A stretch of DNA of 35,096 nt from Dehalococcoidia bacterium. Lineage in GTDB: Bacteria; Chloroflexota; Dehalococcoidia; DSTF01; JACRBR01. A program made the position numbers and the translations under genes. Numbering within the stretch: the stretch's first letter is position 1; every line of letters starts with the position of its first letter. The stretch covers positions 1 to 35,096 of the forward strand of contig JBGQBE010000032.1 of assembly GCA_041494685.1 (NCBI GenBank). The letters are read 5' to 3'. Below, piece by piece: positions 1 through 8,754 of the stretch. Below the pieces are notes generated by a model. That model made no database searches. It saw nothing but the letters and a program-made list of their open reading frames with translations, and was not told the DNA's origin.

Positions 1-1110
1 GATCTCGTCGCTGTTGGTGCGGGCCGAGATCGCCATGACGGCGAAGAACGCGCCCAGGTTCGTGAAGGCGTACGTCGCGAGGAAGAAGACGACGCCGCTC
101 GCGCCGAACTGCGTGCCGAGGCCGGTCGCGGAGATCGCCGCGAAACCGACCAGGAAGTTGCCGGCCTGCGCGATCGAGCTGTAGCCGAGCAGGCGGCGGA
201 TGTTCGACTGGCGCAGCGCCATCACATTGCCGACGGTCATCGTCACGGCCGCGAGGACCGCGAACAGGTGCTTCCAGTCGCCGCCCACGAAGGTGTGCGC
301 GCCGAAGCCTTCGAAGAAGATGCGCATCACGACCGCGAACGCGGCCGCCTTGCTGCCCACGGAGAGGAACGCCGCGACCGGCGCGGACGCGCCCTGGTAG
401 ACGTCCGGCACCCACATCTGGAACGGGACGATGGCCATCTTGAAGCCGAAGCCAGCCGCCAGGAACACCATGCTCACGATCAGCGCCGAGCGGATGCCGC
501 CGTTGCCGCCGGCGATCGTCTGCCCGATGCTGGGGCCGCCGTCCGTGCTGATCAGGTGCGTCGTGCCGGAGATGCCGTAGAGGAACGCCATGCCGTACAG
601 GATCACGGCCGACGACACCGCGCCGAGCAGCAGGTACTTCAGCGCCGCCTCCGCGCCCTTGTCGTCGCGCATGAAGCCGGCGAGGATGAACTGCGTGATC
701 GACGTCAGCTCGAGCGCCACGAAGATGGCCACGAGGTCGCGCGCGCCCGAGAGCAGCATCATGCCGGACGTGGCGATCAGGATCAGCGCGTAGAACTCGC
801 CCTGGCGCGGGCCGAAGCGCTCGGCGCCATCCATCGACGCCAGGATCACGGCGCCCGACACGCCGATGAACATGAACGTGAAGAAGACGCTGAAGTTGTC
901 CAGCGCCATGCTGTCGCTGAAGTACGACGCCTGCCGATCGCGCAGGATCAGCACGACCAACCACGCCGCCGCGGCCGCCAGCCCGGCGATCGCCACACCC
1001 GCGAGCAGCTTCTTCCGGCCGCGGGGCAGCGCCAGGTCCAGCATCAGGATCAGCGACGCCGTCACGATGACCGCGACGACCGGGCCCAGCCTGTTCAGAT
1101 CAGCCAGCAT
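1..1110 (-). CDS. nuoN: NADH-quinone oxidoreductase subunit N (3' end runs off the window)
   Basis: Hand translation from ATG 1110, which overlaps the nuoM stop as TGATG: MLADLNRLGPVVAV...FVALELTS...EAALKYLLLGAVSS...GFGFKMAIVPFQMWVPDVYQGA...NIRRLLGYSSIAQAG. Absent from the ORF track because it is truncated. Confidence 0.95.
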   Translation of the reverse strand, partial: MLADLNRLGPVVAVIVTASLILMLDLALPRGRKKLLAGVAIAGLAAAAAWLVVLILRDRQASYFSDSMALDNFSVFFTFMFIGVSGAVILASMDGAERFGPRQGEFYALILIATSGMMLLSGARDLVAIFVALELTSITQFILAGFMRDDKGAEAALKYLLLGAVSSAVILYGMAFLYGISGTTHLISTDGGPSIGQTIAGGNGGIRSALIVSMVFLAAGFGFKMAIVPFQMWVPDVYQGASAPVAAFLSVGSKAAAFAVVMRIFFEGFGAHTFVGGDWKHLFAVLAAVTMTVGNVMALRQSNIRRLLGYSSIAQAGNFLVGFAAISATGLGTQFGASGVVFFLATYAFTNLGAFFAVMAISARTNSDEI

Positions 1111-2612
1111 CAGCCCAGCACCTTCACGATGTTGATGATCCCAGAGTCAAGCACATCCACGATCAGCGAGGGCCGCACGCCCACGCCGATGATCACGATG
1201 ACGAGCGCCGCCATCGGCACGCGCTCCCACCAGTGGTCCACGTCCGGCAGGCTCGCCCAGCGCTCGTCGCGCGGGCCGTAGAACACGCGCTGGATCATCC
1301 ACGTGATGTAGCCGGCCGAGAGGACGATGCCGAACACGGCGAAGATCGTCGGCACGGTGTACTTGTCGAAGCTGCCGAGGAACACCAGCAGCTCCGCCAC
1401 GAAGCCGGACATCGCCGGCAGTCCCAGAGCCGCCAGCCCCGCTATCACCATCACCGTCGCGGCTATCGGCATCGTGTGCGCCAGCCCGGAGAGCTCGTCG
1501 ATGTTCCGCGTGTGCGCGCGGTCGTAGATGATGCCGACCATCAAGAAGAGCAGGCCCGTGATCGTGCCGTGCGTGAACATCTGCAGCGCCGCGCCGTTGA
1601 GGCTGACGTGCCCCAGCGCAGCGATGCCGAGCAGCACGTAGCCCATGTGGCTGACGCTGGAGTAGGCGACGAGCCGCTTCAGGTCTTTCTGCCGTAACGT
1701 CAGCACCGCACCGTAGATGATGCTGATCGCCGCCATCGTCGCCAGCCAGACGCCGTAGTCGTGCGCCTGCTTCGGCATCAGCGTGATGCAGATGCGGATG
1801 ATGCCGTAGCCGCCCATCTTCAGCAGCACGCCGGCGAGGATCACCGAGACGGCGGTCGGCGCGTCGGTGTGCGCGTCCGGCAGCCAGGTGTGGAACGGGA
1901 ACATCGGCAGCTTCACCGCGAAGCCGATGAAGATCAGGCCGAAGATCAGCCACACCGGGATCAGCGCGTCGCCGATCGTGCTCTGCTGCAGGCGCACCAT
2001 GTCGAACGTGTGCACGGGTCCGGCGCTGAAGCCGAGCGCAAGGATACCGGCCAGCATCAGCGCCGAGCCGGCGACCGTGTACAGCAGGAACTTCATCGCC
2101 GAGTACTCTTTGCGCCCGCTCCCCCAGACGGAGATGAGCATGAACATCGGCAGCAACTCGACTTCCCAGAACAGGAAGAACATGATCAGGTCCAGCGAGG
2201 TGAAGACGCCCAGCACGCCCGTCTCCAGCGCCAGCAGCCAGATAAAATACTCCTTCGTCCGCAGCTTCACGCCAAACGAGATCATCGTCGCGACCACGAA
2301 GAGGAGCGTCGTCAGCAGCACCATCACGATGCCGAGGCCGTCGACGCCCATGTGGAACTGCACGTCGAAGCCGGCGGTACCCGCATCGATCCACGTCGAC
2401 TGCGACGCGAACTGGAAGAGCTGCGGCGCGGCCTCGCCCGGGCTGCGGTCGAAGCGCAGGATCAGGATGAGCGACGTCATCAGCACGGTGAGCGTCGTGA
2501 AGAGCGCCAGCCACTTCGCCTCTCCGGCCTTGCTGTCGCGCGGCACGATGAGCGCGATGACGGCTGCCGCGACGGCCGGGAAGAAGACGGTGAAGACGAG
2601 CAGTCCGTTCAG
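1110..2612 (-). CDS. nuoM: NADH-quinone oxidoreductase subunit M (probable CTG start at 2612)
   Basis: Motifs GVDGL, FFLFWE, VKLPMFPFHTWLPDAHTDAP, LLKMGGYG, DLKRLVAYSSVSHMG. The frame extends past GTG 2546 through a hydrophobic helix (LNGLLVFTVFFPAVAAAVIALI) to CTG 2612, which follows GGAGAGG. Confidence 0.93.
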   Translation of the reverse strand: MNGLLVFTVFFPAVAAAVIALIVPRDSKAGEAKWLALFTTLTVLMTSLILILRFDRSPGEAAPQLFQFASQSTWIDAGTAGFDVQFHMGVDGLGIVMVLLTTLLFVVATMISFGVKLRTKEYFIWLLALETGVLGVFTSLDLIMFFLFWEVELLPMFMLISVWGSGRKEYSAMKFLLYTVAGSALMLAGILALGFSAGPVHTFDMVRLQQSTIGDALIPVWLIFGLIFIGFAVKLPMFPFHTWLPDAHTDAPTAVSVILAGVLLKMGGYGIIRICITLMPKQAHDYGVWLATMAAISIIYGAVLTLRQKDLKRLVAYSSVSHMGYVLLGIAALGHVSLNGAALQMFTHGTITGLLFLMVGIIYDRAHTRNIDELSGLAHTMPIAATVMVIAGLAALGLPAMSGFVAELLVFLGSFDKYTVPTIFAVFGIVLSAGYITWMIQRVFYGPRDERWASLPDVDHWWERVPMAALVIVIIGVGVRPSLIVDVLDSGIINIVKVLG

Positions 2613-2618
2613 GTGCGT

Positions 2619-4592
2619 CTACCTCTCCAGCAATACCAGCATCAGGAACGCCGTCAGTACCAGCCCGCCGAAGCCGACCGTGCCGTACGCCTGCACGGAG
2701 CCCGACTGCACCCAGCGCAGGCCGTCGCTCACGCGCCGCGCGACGGCGCCAGCGCCATTCACCGTGCCATCGATGATGTTCGTGTCGAACCACTGGCCGA
2801 CGCGCGTCAGGAAGTTGTAGAGCCCCTCGCGCACGATCAGCCCCTCGTAGAGCTCGTCCATGTAGTACTTGCGCGCGACCAGCGTGTGCAGCGGCCCGAA
2901 CGCCTTCTGCAACGACGGCGCCGAGATCGCCTTCGCCTGGTAGATCGCCCACGCCAGCGCGATGCCGCCCAGCGCCAGCGCCGACGACAGCAGCGCGATG
3001 GTGGGGTTGAAGCCCTCGCGGTGCAGCGCCTCCGCCGCGGAGTCCGGCAGCGCGCCCTCGAGCAGGTGCGCCAGACCCTCGGTGCTGTGCATCGGGAAGT
3101 TCACGAAGCCGGCCAGCATCGCCGGCACGGCGAGCAGCAGCAGCGGCAGCGTCATCACCAGCGGCGACTCGTGCGGCGTGCCGCCGTGCGCGTCGTGCGC
3201 ACCGTGCTCCGGCGGCTCGCCGCCCTTCCACTCGCCGTGGAAGGTCAGGAAGATCGCGCGGAAGGTGTAGAAGGCCGTCATGAAGACGACCGCCATCGCC
3301 ACGGCAAACAGCAGCTTGTTGTCGGCCCAGGCCGCGCCCAGCAGCTCGTCCTTCGACCAGAAACCCGCGAACGGCGGGACGCCGGCCAGGCTCAGCGACC
3401 CGATCATGAACGTCGCGTAGGTGATCGGCATGTACGTCCGCAGGCCGCCCATCTTGCGCATGTCGAAGGTGCCGGACGCATGGTTCACGGAGCCGGAGCC
3501 GAGGAAGAGCAGCGCCTTGAAGAACGCGTGCGTGAACAGGTGGAAGATCGCCGCGACGTAGCCGCCGACGCCCAGCGCCAGCATCATGTAGCCGAGCTGG
3601 CTGATCGTCGAGTACGCCAGGACGCGCTTGATATCGGTCGCTACGATGCCCATCGACGCGGCGAAGATCGCCGTGAATCCGCCGACGTAGGCGACCGTCG
3701 TCCGCGCCTCGTCCGACACCTGGAACACGGGGTACATCCGCGCCACGAGGTAGACGCCGGCCGCGACCATTGTGGCGGCGTGGATCAGCGCCGAGACCGG
3801 CGTCGGGCCCTCCATCGCGTCCGGGAGCCACACGTGCAGCGGGAACTGCGCCGACTTGCCCACGGCGCCCGCGAAGATGCCGAGCGCGAAGAGCGTCAGC
3901 ACACCGTCGGTGATCTGGTGTTGCTGCGCCATCGTCTGGAGCAGCGGGATGTTAAAGGTGTTGGTCTTGGTCCAGATCAGCAGGATCGCGAGCAGGAAGC
4001 CGACGTCGCCGAGGCGCGTCGTCAGGAACGCCTTCTTCGCGGCGTCGCCCGCGGACTTCTTCTGGAACCAGAAGCCGATCAGCAGGTACGAGCCGAGGCC
4101 GACAAGCTCCCAGAACACGTAGACGATGAGGATGCTGTCGACCATCAGCAGGCCCAGCATCGCCGCGGTGAACAGCGACATCCACATGTAGTAGCGGGCG
4201 TAGCCGGTGTCGCCTTCCATGTACCCCTGCGAGTACACCTGCACCAGCAGCGACACCGACGTCACGACGACCAGCATGATCGCGCTGAGGCCGTCGATGC
4301 GGAGGCCCAGCTCGATGCTGAGGTTCGGCCCGCCGAGCTGCTGCAGCACCGGGTTGTTCGTGCTGATCGTCAGCCACTCGTGCGAGTGGAACGCCAGCGC
4401 GTGCCCGTCGGCGGCGATAACGCTGTCGAGCGTCCAGAGCGCGAGCAAGAACGCGGTGCCGATCGCGGCGATCGTCACGTAGCCGGAAAGGCGCGGATAC
4501 GGCTTCGTGAGGAAGCCGATCGTCAGCAGCGATGCTACCGGCAGCAGCAGGATCGCCCAGACAACACCCTCGGGGACCGTCGGCAGGAACAT
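2619..4592 (-). CDS. nuoL: NADH-quinone oxidoreductase subunit L
   Basis: 657 aa; GKSAQFPLHVWLPDAMEGPTPVSALIHAATMV, DIKRVLAYSTISQLG, HAFFKALLFL, C-terminal QSG. Confidence 0.97.
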   Translation of the reverse strand: MFLPTVPEGVVWAILLLPVASLLTIGFLTKPYPRLSGYVTIAAIGTAFLLALWTLDSVIAADGHALAFHSHEWLTISTNNPVLQQLGGPNLSIELGLRIDGLSAIMLVVVTSVSLLVQVYSQGYMEGDTGYARYYMWMSLFTAAMLGLLMVDSILIVYVFWELVGLGSYLLIGFWFQKKSAGDAAKKAFLTTRLGDVGFLLAILLIWTKTNTFNIPLLQTMAQQHQITDGVLTLFALGIFAGAVGKSAQFPLHVWLPDAMEGPTPVSALIHAATMVAAGVYLVARMYPVFQVSDEARTTVAYVGGFTAIFAASMGIVATDIKRVLAYSTISQLGYMMLALGVGGYVAAIFHLFTHAFFKALLFLGSGSVNHASGTFDMRKMGGLRTYMPITYATFMIGSLSLAGVPPFAGFWSKDELLGAAWADNKLLFAVAMAVVFMTAFYTFRAIFLTFHGEWKGGEPPEHGAHDAHGGTPHESPLVMTLPLLLLAVPAMLAGFVNFPMHSTEGLAHLLEGALPDSAAEALHREGFNPTIALLSSALALGGIALAWAIYQAKAISAPSLQKAFGPLHTLVARKYYMDELYEGLIVREGLYNFLTRVGQWFDTNIIDGTVNGAGAVARRVSDGLRWVQSGSVQAYGTVGFGGLVLTAFLMLVLLER

Positions 4593-4694
4593 CTAGTCTC
4601 CTGGAAGCTGGATGTCAGAGGCGGGACATGCGCGGACCATCGCGCTTTGTCCCTTTCCTGCATCCGCCATCCAACCCTCCGGCCTCTCGGCCAT
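4593..4694 (-). other. Intercistronic imperfect long hairpin that is also a 33-codon open frame
   Basis: Arms 4603-4614/4668-4680, 4623-4628/4648-4653 and 4630-4634/4641-4645. ATG 4694 overlaps the upstream TAA, and TAG 4595-4593 abuts the nuoL ATG. Confidence 0.4.
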
Positions 4695-4885
4695 TAAATC
4701 TTCCGCAAGATCTCCAGCGCCACGTGCGTCTTGCTGTCGGGCACCCAGATCTCACGCGGCTGCGACATCGGCGCGTCGCCGGTCAGCGGCGGCACGACGC
4801 GGTTTGATACGCCCTCGGCGTCGAAGAGTTCCTTCCACACCTCGGCGGCGTACCCGTTCTTCACATCCAGCAGTTTCGACCACAT
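4694..4885 (-). CDS. Small DUF2007-like protein inside the nuo operon
   Basis: 63 aa. The pattern W..L....N...AE.WKELFDAEGV...V......EIWVP......A.EIL resembles DUF2007 putative signal-transducing proteins. Co-oriented between nuoK and nuoL. Confidence 0.75.
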   Translation of the reverse strand: MWSKLLDVKNGYAAEVWKELFDAEGVSNRVVPPLTGDAPMSQPREIWVPDSKTHVALEILRKI

Positions 4886-4928
4886 GGTTCGGTTTCGGAC
4901 CCCTACCCTTCAACTTCCCGTATCGAGA

Positions 4929-5261
4929 TCACCACCGAAGCAGATCGATCTCGTCGATGTTCAGCGTCTCGCGGTGCTTGTACACCGACACCGCCAGCGC
5001 CAGCGCCACGGCCGCCTCAGCCGCCGCGACGGTGATCACGAATACGGCGAACACCTGGCCGTCGAGCGGCCGCGGCGACACGACATAGCGCGAGAACGCG
5101 AGCAGCGTCACGTTCACGGCGTTCAGCATCAGCTCCACGCCCATGAGGATGCCGATCGCGTTCCGCTTCGAGAGCGCGACGAACAACCCGATCGCGAAGA
5201 GCATGCCGCCCAGCAGCAGGACGTGCTCCAGCGGCACGTGGGCGAGCACGATGCTAGGCAT
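4929..5261 (-). CDS. nuoK: NADH-quinone oxidoreductase subunit K
   Basis: ILMGVELMLNAVN, GQVFAVFVITVAAAEAAVALAL. Confidence 0.96.
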   Translation of the reverse strand: MPSIVLAHVPLEHVLLLGGMLFAIGLFVALSKRNAIGILMGVELMLNAVNVTLLAFSRYVVSPRPLDGQVFAVFVITVAAAEAAVALALAVSVYKHRETLNIDEIDLLRW

Positions 5262-5763
5262 CCTCGCCCTCCTCTTCCTTCGTCAGCACGATCGCGCCCA
5301 CCATCGCCGTCATCAGCAGCACCGACGCCACTTCGAACGGCACGACGTACGGCTTCAGCAGCGCTTGTCCGAGCGACGCCGCGGTCGCGGTGAACTCGGG
5401 CCGGTAGGCGATCTTCCAGGTCGTGTCGTACGACACGAAGACGATGATCACCAGCACGAGGCCGGCCAGCACCGCCGCCGGCGCCCAGAACGCGGTCTCG
5501 GAGTTCTTGCGGTCGGCCGCCGGCGTCAGCATGACGGCGAACGTCATCAGCACGGCGACCGCGCCGGCGTAGATCAGCACCTGCACCACCGCCACGAAGT
5601 CGGCTGAGAGCACGATGTAGATCCCGGCGACGCCAACGAACGCCAGCGCCAGGAACAACACGGCCTGCACCAGCTCGCGCACGAAGGCGACCATCAGCGC
5701 GCAGCCGACCGTGGTAGCCGCCAGGATGTAGAAGGCAACGACGATGCCGGTGTCGTTGATCAC
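5254..5763 (-). CDS. nuoJ: NADH-quinone oxidoreductase subunit J
   Basis: ADFVAVVQVLIYAGAVAVL, YVVPFEVASVLL..AMVGAIVL. GTG start after GGGGAG. Confidence 0.94.
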   Translation of the reverse strand: MINDTGIVVAFYILAATTVGCALMVAFVRELVQAVLFLALAFVGVAGIYIVLSADFVAVVQVLIYAGAVAVLMTFAVMLTPAADRKNSETAFWAPAAVLAGLVLVIIVFVSYDTTWKIAYRPEFTATAASLGQALLKPYVVPFEVASVLLMTAMVGAIVLTKEEEGEDA

Positions 5764-5785
5764 GCCGCGATCTCCCCCGCGATGC

Positions 5786-7078
5786 TCATACCGTCTGCGC
5801 CCCCGCGTGCGGCGCGTCGGCGGCCTTCGCCGGCAGCGACGGCACGTCGATCGTCGAGTAGAAGCGCAGCGTCGTAGGGAAGCGCTCGAACTTCGGCGCC
5901 AGCAGGCGCATGAAGGCGAAGATCGTGACGCCGGCCAGCGCGCCGTTGATGACGATGTAGGCTGGGATCAGGACGCCGGCGCTCCAACCGGACTCCTCCC
6001 AGAACAGCACCTCGGCCGCCACCAGTACCAGGTTCAGGATCGCCATCGGCGTCATCCACTTCCACGCGAACGCCAGCAGTTGGTCGATGCGGAACCGCGG
6101 CAACGTACCGCGCGTCCAGACGAAGAGGAAGTACACGCCGTAGATCTTGCCGATGTAGATCATCCATCCCGGCACGAGCTCGTCGAGCTTATACGCCCAC
6201 CAGCCGCCCAGGAAGAGCGTCGAGATGATCGCCGACACGACAACGGCGTTGATCAGCTCGGCGGCGTAGAACAAGCCGAACTTCATGCCCGAGTACTCGG
6301 TGTGGTAGCCGCCCACGATCTCCGACTCCGCCTCGGCGATGTCGGCGGGCGTGCGATTCAGTTCGGCCGAGACGGAGATGAAGTAGATGAAGAACGCCAG
6401 CGGCTGCAGCAGCACCATGAACGCCCAGTACTTCTCCTGGAAGAGCACGATGCCCTGCAGGTCCATCGTGCCGGCGAACAGCACCACGCCGAGCAGCGAG
6501 ATGACGATCGGGATCTCGTAGCTCACGAGCATGGCGATGACGCGCATCGAGCCGAAGAGGGCGTACTTGTTGTCGCTGCTATAGCCGGCCATGAACACGG
6601 CCAGCGCCCCCAGCGACGACGCGGCCAGCAGGAACAGCACGCCCACGTCCAGCGTCGCCAGCGTCATGTTGCGCCCCCACGGCAGCACCGCCATCAGCAG
6701 GATGCCCGGGACGGTAAACATGATCGGCGCCGCGGTGAAGATCAGCCCGGACGCCGTGCGCGGCATCAGCACTTCCTTCTGCATCAGTTTGATCGCGTCG
6801 GCGATGGGCTGCAGCAGGCCGAACGGGCCGAGCCGGTTCGGCCCCAGCCGCGACTGCATGCGCCCCACGACGCGCCGCTCGACCCAGATGTTGATGACCG
6901 CGACACCACCGACAAACGACACGATGCCGATGGCGCCCAGCAGGCCGGAGACGACGTAGATCAGCCACGCCGGCCCGTTCGCATCGCCGATCAGCTTCTC
7001 GATCTCGTGGCTGAGGTTCGAGAGGTCGCGGATGTCCCACCAGTTGTCGGTGATGATCGTCAGCAGCGCCGCCATCAT
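5786..7078 (-). CDS. nuoH: NADH-quinone oxidoreductase subunit H with N- and C-terminal extensions
   Basis: ERRVVGRMQSRLGPNR, QPIADAIKL..KE, AELNRTPADIAEAESEIVGGYHTEYSG, RGTLPRFRIDQL; 430 aa. Confidence 0.96.
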   Translation of the reverse strand: MMAALLTIITDNWWDIRDLSNLSHEIEKLIGDANGPAWLIYVVSGLLGAIGIVSFVGGVAVINIWVERRVVGRMQSRLGPNRLGPFGLLQPIADAIKLMQKEVLMPRTASGLIFTAAPIMFTVPGILLMAVLPWGRNMTLATLDVGVLFLLAASSLGALAVFMAGYSSDNKYALFGSMRVIAMLVSYEIPIVISLLGVVLFAGTMDLQGIVLFQEKYWAFMVLLQPLAFFIYFISVSAELNRTPADIAEAESEIVGGYHTEYSGMKFGLFYAAELINAVVVSAIISTLFLGGWWAYKLDELVPGWMIYIGKIYGVYFLFVWTRGTLPRFRIDQLLAFAWKWMTPMAILNLVLVAAEVLFWEESGWSAGVLIPAYIVINGALAGVTIFAFMRLLAPKFERFPTTLRFYSTIDVPSLPAKAADAPHAGAQTV

Positions 7079-8181
7079 CGGTCCAACTCCCCGACGTTGA
7101 TGTCGATGCTGCCCAGCGTCACGATCGCGTCGGCGATCGTCTGGCCCACGGTCATCTCCTTGAGTACGCTCAGGTTGATCAGCGAGGGCGCGCGCACGTG
7201 CCAGCGGTACGGCGCGGGGCCGCCGTCGCTGACGACGTAGAACCCGAGCTCGCCCTTCGGCGACTCGACGCGCGAGTACGCCTCGCCGGCGGGCGGGCGG
7301 ATGGCCAGCGGCACGTCGGTCTTGTGCGGGCCGTCCGGCAGCTGGTGCACCGCCTGGCGGATGATCCGCAGGCTCTGCTTCATCTCCTCGATGCGGATCA
7401 GCATGCGGTCGTAGGCATCGCCGTTGTAGCCGACGGGGATGTCAAACGTCATGCGGTCGTACACGCAGTACGGGTCCGCCTTCCGCGTGTCCCACGCGAT
7501 GCCCGCGCTGCGCAGCATCGGTCCGGTGAGCGAGGCGTTGATCGCCATCTCCGGCGTCACGACGCCCACGTCGCGGGCGCGCATCATGATGATCTCGTTG
7601 CCGACCAGGAGCTCCCCGTACTCCTCGAAGCGTTGCGGCAGGTCGTCGTTGATCAGGCGGTCCAACGCCGGCAGGAACTCGTCCGGGATGTCGAAGGCGA
7701 CGCCGCCGATGCGCATGTAGTTCGTCGTCAAGCGCGCGCCGCAGGTCATCTCGAAGAGATCCAGCACCTTCTCGCGGTCGCGGAAGCAGTACATGACGGG
7801 CGTCTGCCAGGCGCCGCAGTCGTTGATGAAGGCACCCGTGGCCATGCAGTGGCTCGCGATGCGCTGCAGCTCGGAGAAGATCACCCGCAGGTACTGGGCG
7901 CGCTCCGGCACCTCGATGCTCGCCAGCTTCTCGACGGAGAGGCAGTAGCCGAGATTGCCCGTCATTGCCGCGAGGTAGTCCATGCGGTCCGTGAACGGGA
8001 TGTTCTGGGTGAACGTACGCTCCTCCGCCAGCTTCTCCATGCTGCGGTGCAGGTAGCCCACCACCATCTTCACGTCGACGATGCGCTCGCCGTCGATCCG
8101 CGCGACCATGCGGAACACGCCGTGCGTGCTCGGATGCTGCGGTCCGATATTGACTTCGACGGGCTCCGACTTGATCGGCAC
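7075..8181 (-). CDS. nuoD: NADH-quinone oxidoreductase subunit D
   Basis: NIGPQHPSTHGVFR, GYLHRSMEK, DRMDY, ESPKGELG, C-terminal GELDR. No NiFe-binding CxxC pairs. Confidence 0.96.
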   Translation of the reverse strand: MPIKSEPVEVNIGPQHPSTHGVFRMVARIDGERIVDVKMVVGYLHRSMEKLAEERTFTQNIPFTDRMDYLAAMTGNLGYCLSVEKLASIEVPERAQYLRVIFSELQRIASHCMATGAFINDCGAWQTPVMYCFRDREKVLDLFEMTCGARLTTNYMRIGGVAFDIPDEFLPALDRLINDDLPQRFEEYGELLVGNEIIMMRARDVGVVTPEMAINASLTGPMLRSAGIAWDTRKADPYCVYDRMTFDIPVGYNGDAYDRMLIRIEEMKQSLRIIRQAVHQLPDGPHKTDVPLAIRPPAGEAYSRVESPKGELGFYVVSDGGPAPYRWHVRAPSLINLSVLKEMTVGQTIADAIVTLGSIDINVGELDR

Positions 8182-8202
8182 GGTCGTCTTCCTACGCGCT
8201 GC

Positions 8203-8754
8203 TTACTGACCGCTGCCCGGGTTGAGCGGGCGGAACTCCTGTCCCGTCTGGCCGGGCACCTGCTTGGGAAACTGGCTGAGGCCGGTCTTCTGCCCGCCCG
8301 GCAACGACATGAAGTCCTTGCGCAGCGGATGACCCGGGAACGCGTCCCACAGGAAGAGCCGCGTCAGCGCCGGGTGGCCCTCGAAGACTACGCCCATCAG
8401 GTCGTACACCTCGCGCTCCTGCAGCCAGGCGCCGACCCAGAGCGGCGAGATCGACGGCACGACCGGCTGTTCGTGGTCGGCCGGCACCTTGACCTCGAAG
8501 ATGTGGTTCTGCGCCAGCGACGAGAAGTGGTACACCACGTCGATGCGCGTGATCTGGTCGACGCTGCACATCTGCACCAGGAACTTCCCGTCCAGCGCCT
8601 CGTCGTCGCGGATGAACGCCATCGCGTCGAGCGCCGAGGCCGGCTCCAGCACGACGTAGCCGGGCTGCACGTCGCGGACGGCGTGCGGCAGCTTCGTCCG
8701 GATGCGGTCGGCGACCTGCTGGCCGGGCAGCGTGAGCGTGGCGGCGTGCGGCAC
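8203..8754 (-). CDS. nuoC: NADH-quinone oxidoreductase subunit C
   Basis: EREVYDLMGVVFEGHP...GHPLRKDF. GTG 8754 overlaps the nuoA TAG (TAGTG) and follows GGAG. Confidence 0.92.
   Translation of the reverse strand: MPHAATLTLPGQQVADRIRTKLPHAVRDVQPGYVVLEPASALDAMAFIRDDEALDGKFLVQMCSVDQITRIDVVYHFSSLAQNHIFEVKVPADHEQPVVPSISPLWVGAWLQEREVYDLMGVVFEGHPALTRLFLWDAFPGHPLRKDFMSLPGGQKTGLSQFPKQVPGQTGQEFRPLNPGSGQ

Noticed and set aside
2619..4595. Pyrrolysine or amber recoding at the in-frame TAGs flanking nuoL
   Set aside because: No pyl genes are visible, TAG is a normal stop for many genes here, and SD sequences support independent starts.
5760..6167. 135-aa ORF overlapping the nuoH 3' end as a possible nuoI
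   Set aside because: It has no CxxCxxCxxxCP motifs.
7075..8181. Group 4 NiFe-hydrogenase large subunit instead of NuoD
   Set aside because: It lacks both CxxC nickel-binding motifs and ends in the NuoD-type GELDR.
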